Below are positions 41,174 through 48,437 of a stretch of DNA of 48,437 nt, one piece after another. Every line of letters begins with the position of its first letter. The first letter of the stretch is position 1. The stretch comes from Chitinophaga pinensis (GTDB taxonomy: Bacteria; Bacteroidota; Bacteroidia; Chitinophagales; Chitinophagaceae): positions 1-48,437 of the forward strand of contig CAMBUH010000001.1 in the NCBI GenBank assembly GCA_945870985.1, read 5' to 3'. A program made the translations under genes and the position numbers. The notes below the pieces were generated by a model that saw only the letters and a list, made by a program, of their open reading frames with translations, had not been told where the DNA came from and did not search any database.

Positions 41174-41629
41174 ATGAAAAAAATTTTATTTGCCATATTT
41201 CTGTTAGGTGCTGGTTTTACAGCATCTGCCCAAACCGAAGCTACCACCACTACCCAATGGGAAATTGGTAAAGTGTTGGAAATCACCAATGCTAATTTCA
41301 ATGCGGGAGAAAGACCAGTAGGTGTTCCGGTTGATTATGTTATTGAGATTAAAAATATCAGCAAAGACTCAGTTACGCTGCTAAATGCTAAAGCGGGTTG
41401 CGGTTGTACTACCCCAAATTTTACCCCCAATCAGCGTTTCGGTCCTGGTCAAACCGTTAAAGTTTCCATCAGTTTTAATGGGGGAGTTACGGGTCCTTAC
41501 ACCAAGCTTACGCAGATATTTTTCGACCATGACATGACGCAAAATGCTATGTTATCGGGAGTAGGTGTGGTTCCCAAGCAGGAAGCTGCCCCAGCAACCC
41601 CTCAAACTGCTACCCCTGTTAAACATTAA
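41174..41629 (+). CDS. DUF1573-domain exported protein
   Basis: MKK signal peptide; AGCGCTTP motif. Confidence 0.8.
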   Translation: MKKILFAIFLLGAGFTASAQTEATTTTQWEIGKVLEITNANFNAGERPVGVPVDYVIEIKNISKDSVTLLNAKAGCGCTTPNFTPNQRFGPGQTVKVSISFNGGVTGPYTKLTQIFFDHDMTQNAMLSGVGVVPKQEAAPATPQTATPVKH

Positions 41630-41648
41630 TTACCCTAATTATTAATAG

Positions 41649-42023
41649 ATGAAATCTTTTTTATTTCTGCTGTTTTTTTTCAGCATGATTTCTCTGGTGA
41701 ATGCGCAGTCTGAAGTAACCTTCGCGGAAAAAACCCATTCATTCGGAAAAATCCAGCAGCATGTTCCGGTAACCTATGTTTTTAGTTTTACCAATAGCTC
41801 TACTCGTCCGGTTGTGATTGAGAATGCTGAGGCAGAATGTGGCTGTACCAAACCGGAATATAATAAGGGAGCCATTATGAAAGGGAAGACCAGTGAAATA
41901 AAAGTTACTTATAATTCAGAGAATGCCGGCAGTTTTAAAAAGAATGTTACGGTAAAATTTGCTGGATTATCAACCCCCTATATCTTAACAATCGATGGGG
42001 AAGTGATCCCAGAAAAGAAATAA
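41649..42023 (+). CDS. DUF1573-domain exported protein
   Basis: Signal peptide; HSFGKI, F.FTN, ECGCTKP, G.F.K.VTV, L.I.GEV. Confidence 0.85.
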   Translation: MKSFLFLLFFFSMISLVNAQSEVTFAEKTHSFGKIQQHVPVTYVFSFTNSSTRPVVIENAEAECGCTKPEYNKGAIMKGKTSEIKVTYNSENAGSFKKNVTVKFAGLSTPYILTIDGEVIPEKK

Positions 42024-42041
42024 GCCCGGTTTCAACTTAAC

Positions 42042-42081
42042 AAACAAAAAACGCAACCCCTTTCGGTTGCGTTTTTTGTTT
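42042..42081 (+). terminator. Intrinsic terminator after the DUF1573 pair
   Basis: AAACAAAAAACGCAACC-CCTTTC-GGTTGCGTTTTTTGTTT. Confidence 0.88.
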
Positions 42082-42110
42082 TGAACAGCGGCTGAGTCGT
42101 TCTATCTTTG
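42080..42110 (+). promoter_or_regulatory. -33/-7 promoter for the aminotransferase
   Basis: TTTG (42080-42083), 19-nt spacer, TATCTTTG (42103-42110), only 4 nt before the ATG. Confidence 0.7.
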
Positions 42111-42114
42111 TGGT

Positions 42115-43314
42115 ATGCCAAACATTAGTAAGCGTGGGCAACTTATGCCCGCCTCCCCCATAAGAAAATTAGTGCCCTTTGCAGAAGCCGCTAAGAAAAA
42201 AGGAATCCGGGTATATCATTTAAATATTGGTCAGCCCGATATAGTAACCCCACCTGCCATGCTGGAAGCTGTAAAAAACAGTGATTTTACTATTTTGGAA
42301 TACAGTCATAGTGCCGGTAATGAAAGTTATCGCCAAAAGCTAACCCAGTATTATGCTTCTGTTGGAATTGAGGTAACCGCGCAGGAAATTATCATCACCA
42401 CCGGGGGCAGCGAAGCGATTCAATTTGGCATGCTGGCCTGTTTAGATGCAGGCGATGAGGTAATTATTCCAGAGCCCTTTTATGCCAACTATAATGGATT
42501 TGCTGTGGCTGCGGGGGTAACCGTTATTCCTGTTACTTCTTATATTGAAGATGGTTTTGCATTGCCTCCCATTAGTGAGCTAGAGAAAAAAATTACCCCG
42601 CGTACCAAAGCGATTGTTATTTGTAATCCCAATAATCCAACGGGCTATTTATATACGGAGGCTGAAATGGACCAATTGAAAGAGTTGGTGTTGAAGTATA
42701 ACCTGTTTTTGTTTTCGGATGAAGCGTATCGAGAGTTTTGTTATGAGGGGAAGCATATCAGTGCCATGCACCTGAAAGGGGTGGAAGAACAGGTGATTTT
42801 GATGGATACAATCAGTAAAAGATACAGTGCTTGTGGTGCCAGGATTGGTGCACTGATAACCAAAAACAAGTCGGTGCTTGAGGCAGTGATGAAGCTGGCC
42901 CAGGCCCGATTAAGTCCGCCCTCTTTTGCCCAAATTGCCGCAGAAGCTGCGATTGATTTGCCGGCCGATTATTTTAATGAAACGCAGGAAGAATATCGTT
43001 CGAGGAGAGATTTGTTAGTTGCCCGGCTGAATGCGATACCGGGGGTGTTTTGTCCAAACCCCGGCGGGGCATTTTATGCAATTGCCCGCTTACCTATAAA
43101 TGATTCGGACCAGTTTTGTCAATGGCTGCTGGAAGATTTTGCTTTTGATGGAAAAACGATTATGCTGGCTCCGGCAACGGGTTTTTATGGAACGCCCGGA
43201 TTGGGCAAAGATGAGGTACGACTGGCCTATGTGCTGAATAAGACCGATATCAATACTGCGATGGATTGTCTAGAAAAAGCCTTGGCCATCTACTCAGGGA
43301 AAAAACCATATTAA
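42115..43314 (+). CDS. PLP-dependent class I/II aminotransferase (aspartate aminotransferase-like)
   Basis: LNIGQPD, CNPNNPTG, SDEAYREF, SKRYSACGARIG. Confidence 0.93.
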   Translation: MPNISKRGQLMPASPIRKLVPFAEAAKKKGIRVYHLNIGQPDIVTPPAMLEAVKNSDFTILEYSHSAGNESYRQKLTQYYASVGIEVTAQEIIITTGGSEAIQFGMLACLDAGDEVIIPEPFYANYNGFAVAAGVTVIPVTSYIEDGFALPPISELEKKITPRTKAIVICNPNNPTGYLYTEAEMDQLKELVLKYNLFLFSDEAYREFCYEGKHISAMHLKGVEEQVILMDTISKRYSACGARIGALITKNKSVLEAVMKLAQARLSPPSFAQIAAEAAIDLPADYFNETQEEYRSRRDLLVARLNAIPGVFCPNPGGAFYAIARLPINDSDQFCQWLLEDFAFDGKTIMLAPATGFYGTPGLGKDEVRLAYVLNKTDINTAMDCLEKALAIYSGKKPY

Positions 43315-43449
43315 ATTAAATATTAAATTATTTTTAATTTAATATGATGTTTTTATTAAGTTTTAGCAAGAAATCATTGGAAAAACAAAAAAAATATCCT
43401 ATAATCATATTTTATATGTTTTTCAGAAAAAAAGCGTATATTTACATAA

Positions 43450-43546
43450 GCACCTGATTATTAAGTCCCCTATTTAGAATATTTCACCTTTTTTCATATT
43501 TGGCAAGCAATCGTAAAAATCCCCTGTTTCTACAGGGGATTTTTTT
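43450..43546 (+). ncRNA. Candidate small RNA (~97 nt)
   Basis: ORF-free; preceded by a near-consensus -7 (TATATTTA, 43437-43444); ends in a strong terminator; boundaries inferred. Confidence 0.45.
43515..43546. terminator. Bidirectional intrinsic terminator
   Basis: AAAAATCCCCTGT-TTCT-ACAGGGGATTTTTTT. Confidence 0.9.
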
Positions 43547-43547
43547 A

Positions 43548-44165
43548 TTACTTCACCGACCTTACAAACTCACCTTGCTCATTTTGCAATGAATAACACA
43601 AATTGGGGTTTACTTGCCCATACACTCTTCCGTCTCTCACCTCAAAACTCATATATAGTTTCCCATTCTCCCGCCAACCTTGCCCGCGCTTTTCTTGTCC
43701 TTTTTCATAATACACTTCTTTCAGGGGTTTTCCCGAAGCATACCACTCTTTAAACCACCCTTCATATTGTCCGTTTCGGAAGTGATATTCAAAACGAGGC
43801 TTACCATTATCCCACCATCCGGTATGTACGCTATCTTTTTCACCCAGATGAAAATATCGGCGGGCATTAATTTTGCCGGAAGTATAATACCATTCAGCCC
43901 ACCCCTCCTCCTTACCTTGAAAATAAGATTGCCGGCTAATTACCTGTTTCGCAGAATCGCGTTGAAGAACCGTGCCGCTATATGGTTGCCCTTGAAAATA
44001 CATACTGCCATTGTTCCAATGTAAGGAAGTGTCGGTGCTTTCAACTAGTCGGTTAGGTATTAGTAGGTTATCAGCAGCAGTGTTCCGTTTATCGGAAGGA
44101 TGATTTCGGCAACCGCCAGCCACTATTGCAAACAACCCTATACCCAACAAATAAGCCGGCTTCAT
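43548..44165 (-). CDS. MORN-variant / YwqK-like repeat lipoprotein
   Basis: Lipobox-like VAGGC; repeats Y..G..(E/D)G....WY.SG.; ATGA overlap with the SCO stop codon. Confidence 0.75.
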   Translation of the reverse strand: MKPAYLLGIGLFAIVAGGCRNHPSDKRNTAADNLLIPNRLVESTDTSLHWNNGSMYFQGQPYSGTVLQRDSAKQVISRQSYFQGKEEGWAEWYYTSGKINARRYFHLGEKDSVHTGWWDNGKPRFEYHFRNGQYEGWFKEWYASGKPLKEVYYEKGQEKRGQGWRENGKLYMSFEVRDGRVYGQVNPNLCYSLQNEQGEFVRSVK

Positions 44166-44824
44166 GGTTGTAATAATTTTTGGATATCCTTCATAAGTAA
44201 ATCAACTTCTGCTGCTGAAGTACCCTTATAAATTCCCCGAATTGCCCGGTTCTGATCTATCAATAAAAGATTCTCCGTATGTAAAAAATCCTTGCTGGTT
44301 TTCTGCATACCCATATCTTCATCTGCAAAATAGTCTCGCCGAGCCAATTGGTAAATACTATCCCGATTACCTGTTACCAACCACCATCTTTTACTGTTGA
44401 CTCCATACGTGTTTGCATACTGCAATAACTTGTCGGGCTGATCGGTTTCGGGCGTTACACTATAACTCACTAACATGATTCGGTTATCCTGCAAAAATTG
44501 TTCTTGCACGCGCTTCAGCTGCAGGGTTAGGTTACGGCAAATACCCGGACAGGCTGTGAAGAAAAAACCGGCCACGTATATTTTACCGGTCAGACTCTTT
44601 TCAGTAATCGTATCTCCTAACTGGTTTACCAGCCGAAAAGGGGCAATATGATGTTGGAAAAAGGCAGGGTTGGTGTCGGTATTTTTCCAATGGGGGGTAA
44701 ATCCGGGATCTGAATAGTATGGCAGGGAAGTATCTGCAGCAATAGTTGGCTGGTTGGAGGGGGAATGGCAGAACAAAAAAACTAAACTGAGTAGACCTAC
44801 TAAAAATGATTGAACTACCGGCAA
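44162..44824 (-). CDS. SCO1/SenC-family copper chaperone-like protein
   Basis: FFFTACPGIC (CxxxC), SVTPETD, FLHTE His ligand, IRGIY.G. TTG at 44824 (4 nt after the upstream ORF's stop, followed by a hydrophobic signal and Cys) preferred over GTG at 44935. Confidence 0.88.
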   Translation of the reverse strand: MPVVQSFLVGLLSLVFLFCHSPSNQPTIAADTSLPYYSDPGFTPHWKNTDTNPAFFQHHIAPFRLVNQLGDTITEKSLTGKIYVAGFFFTACPGICRNLTLQLKRVQEQFLQDNRIMLVSYSVTPETDQPDKLLQYANTYGVNSKRWWLVTGNRDSIYQLARRDYFADEDMGMQKTSKDFLHTENLLLIDQNRAIRGIYKGTSAAEVDLLMKDIQKLLQP

Positions 44825-44828
44825 ACGG

Positions 44829-45026
44829 TTATTTTTCCTGTTCCGGATTATTTGGGCTGCTGACCAAGCTAGCAGGCTGTATCTGAGGTTGTAATGCTTT
44901 TTCAATATCCTTATATTTTTGGTATTGTGCAGCACTTAACACGCGGCGAATCTGCTCATCTCGTTGCTTAACTAAGTCTGACCCATTTTTCAAGGCGGAA
45001 CTTTTTTGTAAGAATTGATTATTCAT
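44829..45026 (-). CDS. Small helical hypothetical protein (65 aa), possibly N-terminally truncated
   Basis: ATG start; RDEQIRRVLSAAQYQKY resembles an LTxxQ-type helical repeat; perfect -7 TACATTTG at 45053-45060 upstream. Confidence 0.5.
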   Translation of the reverse strand: MNNQFLQKSSALKNGSDLVKQRDEQIRRVLSAAQYQKYKDIEKALQPQIQPASLVSSPNNPEQEK

Positions 45027-45151
45027 TTAACCGTTGAAATTGAAACTGGCGGCAAATGTATAATAAATAACAACGTATTAAAAAGATTTTATTAACAAAA
45101 ACGATATAAAACATCAAATGTTGATAAAATGTGTGTGCCTACCTGTAATTT

Positions 45152-45904
45152 CTATTGAGTAACCGATCCCTTAGCACCATAAAAACCGGCCCCATTAATA
45201 TAGGGCGCATCTGCCGTTATATGATAGTGATAAATACCATTCGGATAATCAGCCGTAACGCTGGTATGCCCATGATAGGCATCTAAATCGGCACTCACCA
45301 TGGTTTTACCGTTTTCGGAAGGGCCATATACTGGAAATCCATCCAATAAAAATCCAATCAGTGCCGATTTGGTTTGATTCAGGGTTATATACAAAGGTTC
45401 GATATGATAATGATAGGTAGCCGTTGGATCTGGGTGTCCGTTATATTGATCAAAAGAATTGATTTCATTGGTTAGTGGCTGATTGGGCCCGGCATATTGA
45501 TTATAGATAGCCACCCCATTTACTGCAATACCTATGGGGCCGAGTGGGGTTGGTTGGTGGGCAGCATCCACTGCCGGATTAGCAGGAATTTTAAATACAA
45601 AACTTTTAGTACCGATGGTGTTGGGATTTTTATTAAAAGCAGGATTGTTGCCATTGTATGCCTCATACCGGCTATCACTTGTAGCGAAATAACAACTCTT
45701 GTGATCCGGCACTCCATTGCTTTTCAGGGTGATAAAATTTCCATCAGAACTAATAACTACAGCAGTAGCAAATTTTTTAAACACAGCGGGTACAATTGCA
45801 GTAGTTGAAGATGTATTGGTATTCGTATCTTTTTTACAACTCATTGCACTTAACATACCAATGCATACAGTAATAGTTAACAACTGAACAATTCTTGTTT
45901 TCAT
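45152..45904 (-). CDS. YHYH-domain lipoprotein
   Basis: Lipobox-like SAMSC; NGVPDH, GPIGIAVNGV, NGH...YHYH, IGFLLDGFPVYGP, LD..HGH...YHYH. Confidence 0.88.
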   Translation of the reverse strand: MKTRIVQLLTITVCIGMLSAMSCKKDTNTNTSSTTAIVPAVFKKFATAVVISSDGNFITLKSNGVPDHKSCYFATSDSRYEAYNGNNPAFNKNPNTIGTKSFVFKIPANPAVDAAHQPTPLGPIGIAVNGVAIYNQYAGPNQPLTNEINSFDQYNGHPDPTATYHYHIEPLYITLNQTKSALIGFLLDGFPVYGPSENGKTMVSADLDAYHGHTSVTADYPNGIYHYHITADAPYINGAGFYGAKGSVTQ

Positions 45905-45945
45905 GTTATTTTTTTGATTGTTTTTTATAAAAAGTTTTGATAGAA

Positions 45946-46671
45946 CTAGTTAACTGAATCGCCTGATAATCTCTTTCCCGGATGGTGCGGAGGAGGAGGC
46001 CCTGGTGGGTGGTGACCAGGTGGTGGTGGTCCATCTCCCGGACGATGATGAGGGGGCGGCGGCGGTGGTCGATCGCCTGGAGGAGGACCCGGAGGCATTT
46101 CGCCATTGCCATTCATCTCGGAATTACCTGAAAATGATGGCGGATGATTGGGTTTACTGAGGTTATCCGGCAGCTCTTTTCCAGGGGGCTGATTTGGGCG
46201 GGGTGGCATACCGCCAATTATTGTACCCACCATTTGCCGAAGGAGCGAATCGAACCTTTCCATTTGTTGGGGGGTAGTAACTGCTCTAACTTTTTTAATA
46301 AAAGAAAAAGTTAGTTTATCCAATGCCTGTTCGTTATCAGCCACCAAGCGGGTTGCCTGGTCTAGCTCGGATTCAGATACATTGGTTTTACGTGTTAAAG
46401 AAAACAACGAATCCTTTAAAGTCCGTTTTTTTTCCAACAGAGGTTGCATGCCCATTTCATGTTCGCTTCGAAGCGTTAAAATTTGTTGGCGCTGGATGGA
46501 ATCAAAATGCATCACCTGCATAAGATGACCCATTCCGCCACTAAAGGGCTCTCGGGGAGGATGCGGTTTTTTCATCTGCATCGTCCAAAAAACAATCAAT
46601 GAAATCAGGTTGGCAGCAACCAGCCCTACTATTGCAATAGCCCACCAACGAGGAAGAACAGGGGTAGTCAT
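45946..46671 (-). CDS. Spy/CpxP/ZraP-like periplasmic sensor, membrane-anchored, with a Pro/His-rich tail
   Basis: N-terminal TM (LVAANLISL), helical domain with FDSIQRQQI and TTPQQMERF, C-terminal PPPGHHPPGPPPPHH. Confidence 0.7.
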   Translation of the reverse strand: MTTPVLPRWWAIAIVGLVAANLISLIVFWTMQMKKPHPPREPFSGGMGHLMQVMHFDSIQRQQILTLRSEHEMGMQPLLEKKRTLKDSLFSLTRKTNVSESELDQATRLVADNEQALDKLTFSFIKKVRAVTTPQQMERFDSLLRQMVGTIIGGMPPRPNQPPGKELPDNLSKPNHPPSFSGNSEMNGNGEMPPGPPPGDRPPPPPPHHRPGDGPPPPGHHPPGPPPPHHPGKRLSGDSVN

Positions 46672-46677
46672 AATGGT

Positions 46678-46995
46678 TTATTTATCAGTTAGGTTATATC
46701 CCGAAGTAACATTTAACTCGAAAGCCAACTGCTGCAAGCTATTGTTAGTTGCTGTGGATGTTTGCAGATCTGATGAGCGGGCGGAAAAAATAATCCAGCA
46801 ATTCAGCAAAAAAATTATACCCAAAGTTGCAGCTATTGCAGCCGGGCGAAATATCAGCCAATGTTGCCATCCCAGCACATCAGCTGGAGCAAAAAGTTGA
46901 TGCATCACTTTTGCAGAAAAAAATGGGGGGGCAGCAGCCTTTTGTATAGAATGAAGGCTATTCAATATTGCCTCTGTCTGTTGAATATTTTCCAT
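46678..46995 (-). CDS. Putative single-TM anti-sigma factor
   Basis: Directly after the ECF sigma; ILNSL..IQKA.APPFF.AKV cytoplasmic motif followed by one TM helix. Confidence 0.65.
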   Translation of the reverse strand: MENIQQTEAILNSLHSIQKAAAPPFFSAKVMHQLFAPADVLGWQHWLIFRPAAIAATLGIIFLLNCWIIFSARSSDLQTSTATNNSLQQLAFELNVTSGYNLTDK

Positions 46996-47000
46996 TTAGT

Positions 47001-47555
47001 TTATTGCTTTGAATCGTATGATTGCAAATATTTTCTCAGATTTGCTTTGGCCCGATGTTGCAAGGCCTCTATTGCTTTTACGGTTGTTTCCATAATTTCA
47101 GCTGTGTCTGCATAACTTAACCCTTCTGTTTTAATCAAAATCCAGGCAATCCGTTGTTGTTCTGGTAATGATTGAATGGCTTTGAACAAAATGGCAGCCA
47201 GTTCTTTTTGCTCTGCTTGCACCCCGGGATGATGGAAATCAGTGCCGGCTGTTTTTTCATTTCCTGCAAACCAATTTTTCCATCTGTGAAACCCTTTTTG
47301 TTTTCTTTCCCAGCCCAGTGCTTTGGTTACCGCAATCCGATACATCCAAGTACTTAACTTAGCGTCTCCCCGGAAAGTACCAATAGACCGAAAAACCTGT
47401 ATATACACTTCCTGAGCTAAGTCTTCGGCAACTGCGGCATCCTGCACAATTCCCAGAAGGGTATTAAATACCCAGTCCTGCGTTTCGCTCAACAGCTGTT
47501 GATAGGCTGCCGACTCTCCCTGCTGTAAGGCAGCAATAAATTCCGAATCGTTCAA
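47001..47555 (-). CDS. ECF RNA polymerase sigma factor
   Basis: AEDLAQEVYI, FRGDAKLSTWMYRIA, LPEQQR, EGLSY...AEIM, RAKANLR; TTG start. Confidence 0.93.
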   Translation of the reverse strand: MNDSEFIAALQQGESAAYQQLLSETQDWVFNTLLGIVQDAAVAEDLAQEVYIQVFRSIGTFRGDAKLSTWMYRIAVTKALGWERKQKGFHRWKNWFAGNEKTAGTDFHHPGVQAEQKELAAILFKAIQSLPEQQRIAWILIKTEGLSYADTAEIMETTVKAIEALQHRAKANLRKYLQSYDSKQ

Positions 47556-47576
47556 CTGTTAGGTATTAAGTGAATA

Positions 47577-47602
47577 AGATGTTACAACTTACTAAAACCT
47601 TC
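47577..47602 (-). promoter_or_regulatory. Candidate autoregulatory ECF promoter
   Basis: Minus strand GAAGG-N16-CATCT, 21 nt upstream of the sigma start codon. Confidence 0.35.
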
Positions 47603-47735
47603 GCTAAGTGCTAAATTCTCGCTTTATTTGTATTTCCCAGCCTTCAACGGTATTGGCAATGCCAGATAAATTGTTATAAAATCCAAAAAAATAATATATG
47701 GGCAATTTTTTGTGGGGTAATTGTATCCTTATTCT

Positions 47736-48437
47736 ATGAAAAAAATATGGCTATTTCAGGGGTTAGTATTTTGGTTATTCAGCTGCCAGTTTTCATGGGG
47801 GCAGAGTTACCATGCCATGAATGGCTCTTCGTATACAGGTAGTATATCCCGCTTTAACAATCCGGCATCCCCTATACTAGGAGCATATGCTTGGGAAGTA
47901 TCCCCTCTTTCCTTTCAGGTATCGCTTACCAGCAACTCGTTTTATTTAGATACCAGCTCCTTTCGGGTTAGAGGGGGGTTGATGAATCATTTTGTTCACG
48001 GAAATGCAGATATTAGTATCCTAAATGGTATGTTTAAAATCGGTTCAAAATGGGCATTTAGTGGAGGAATCAGGGCACGCTCGTATAACCATTATCGAAC
48101 CCAGCCTGTAAATATTGTAGATACCACTACCAGTTTATCCAGTTTTTTGCAAGACAACCGCACTACCCCCTATATTGGAGGATTTATAACTCATACTGGC
48201 TGGTTAGAGGGAGATTTAAATGTATCCAGATTATTGGTATCGAATGCATCAGGAAAATTGAGTGCCGGTATAACCTTACAAATTATGAAAGGAGTATCAG
48301 GGGCTTATCTTTCTTTACGGCAGGTTACCTACCAAGAATTGGTGAGTGGGCCAGATACAGCCTATGTTTTTACGGGTGGCAGTGGTAAATTTGGCTATTC
48401 CTCTCTATATGATCCTGCCACTACTATTGATAAATTT
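47736..48437 (+). CDS. Exported, probably outer membrane protein (DUF5723-like), 5' part (runs off the window end)
   Basis: Not in the ORF track. Open frame MKKIWLFQGLVFWLFSCQFSWGQSYHAMNGSSYTGS..FNNPAS..AWEV...LSAGITLQIMKG continues to the window end. Confidence 0.65.
   Translation, partial: MKKIWLFQGLVFWLFSCQFSWGQSYHAMNGSSYTGSISRFNNPASPILGAYAWEVSPLSFQVSLTSNSFYLDTSSFRVRGGLMNHFVHGNADISILNGMFKIGSKWAFSGGIRARSYNHYRTQPVNIVDTTTSLSSFLQDNRTTPYIGGFITHTGWLEGDLNVSRLLVSNASGKLSAGITLQIMKGVSGAYLSLRQVTYQELVSGPDTAYVFTGGSGKFGYSSLYDPATTIDKF

Noticed and set aside
43394-43468. dif/Xer recombination site (CCTATAA at 43398; TTATGTAAATA on the minus strand at 43439-43449)
   Set aside because: The first candidate lacks a XerD arm. 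The second has an 8-bp centre and a poor XerC arm, and overlaps a more plausible promoter.
43548-44165. Toxin-antitoxin system (YwqK 'antitoxin' label)
   Set aside because: No toxin gene is adjacent; the protein has a lipoprotein signal and is coupled to SCO, so the label reflects only the repeat fold.

Overview
A 48.4 kb chromosomal window from a Bacteroidota genome, probably Chitinophagaceae-like. This is inferred from TAnnTTTG promoters, a T9SS type-B CTD protein, a long SecA and a fused 2-oxoacid dehydrogenase E1. Most of it is housekeeping: pgk (partial), gap, galK, maeB, deoC, secA, atpG, scpB, lysA, mdh, several transporters, YebC, E1 and an aminotransferase. Three regions stand out. 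(1) 1.8-3.0 kb, next to tRNA-Glu: a solo HUH/Y1 transposase with no TnpB, embedded in an array of two-hairpin REP-like repeats with co-varying stems and a (CATCT)10 microsatellite, i.e. a REPtron-like locus. (2) About 43.45-43.55 kb: an ORF-free promoter-to-terminator unit that looks like a ~97-nt sRNA with an anti-'AUGAAAAAA' segment. (3) 43.5-47.6 kb: an ECF sigma / anti-sigma / Spy-CpxP-like / YHYH / small ORF / SCO / MORN-like lipoprotein cluster that looks like an uncharacterised metal-responsive envelope module. A thioredoxin-family gene that seems to have lost its CxxC segment by in-frame deletion was also noted. All calls come from reading the sequence; no searches were run.
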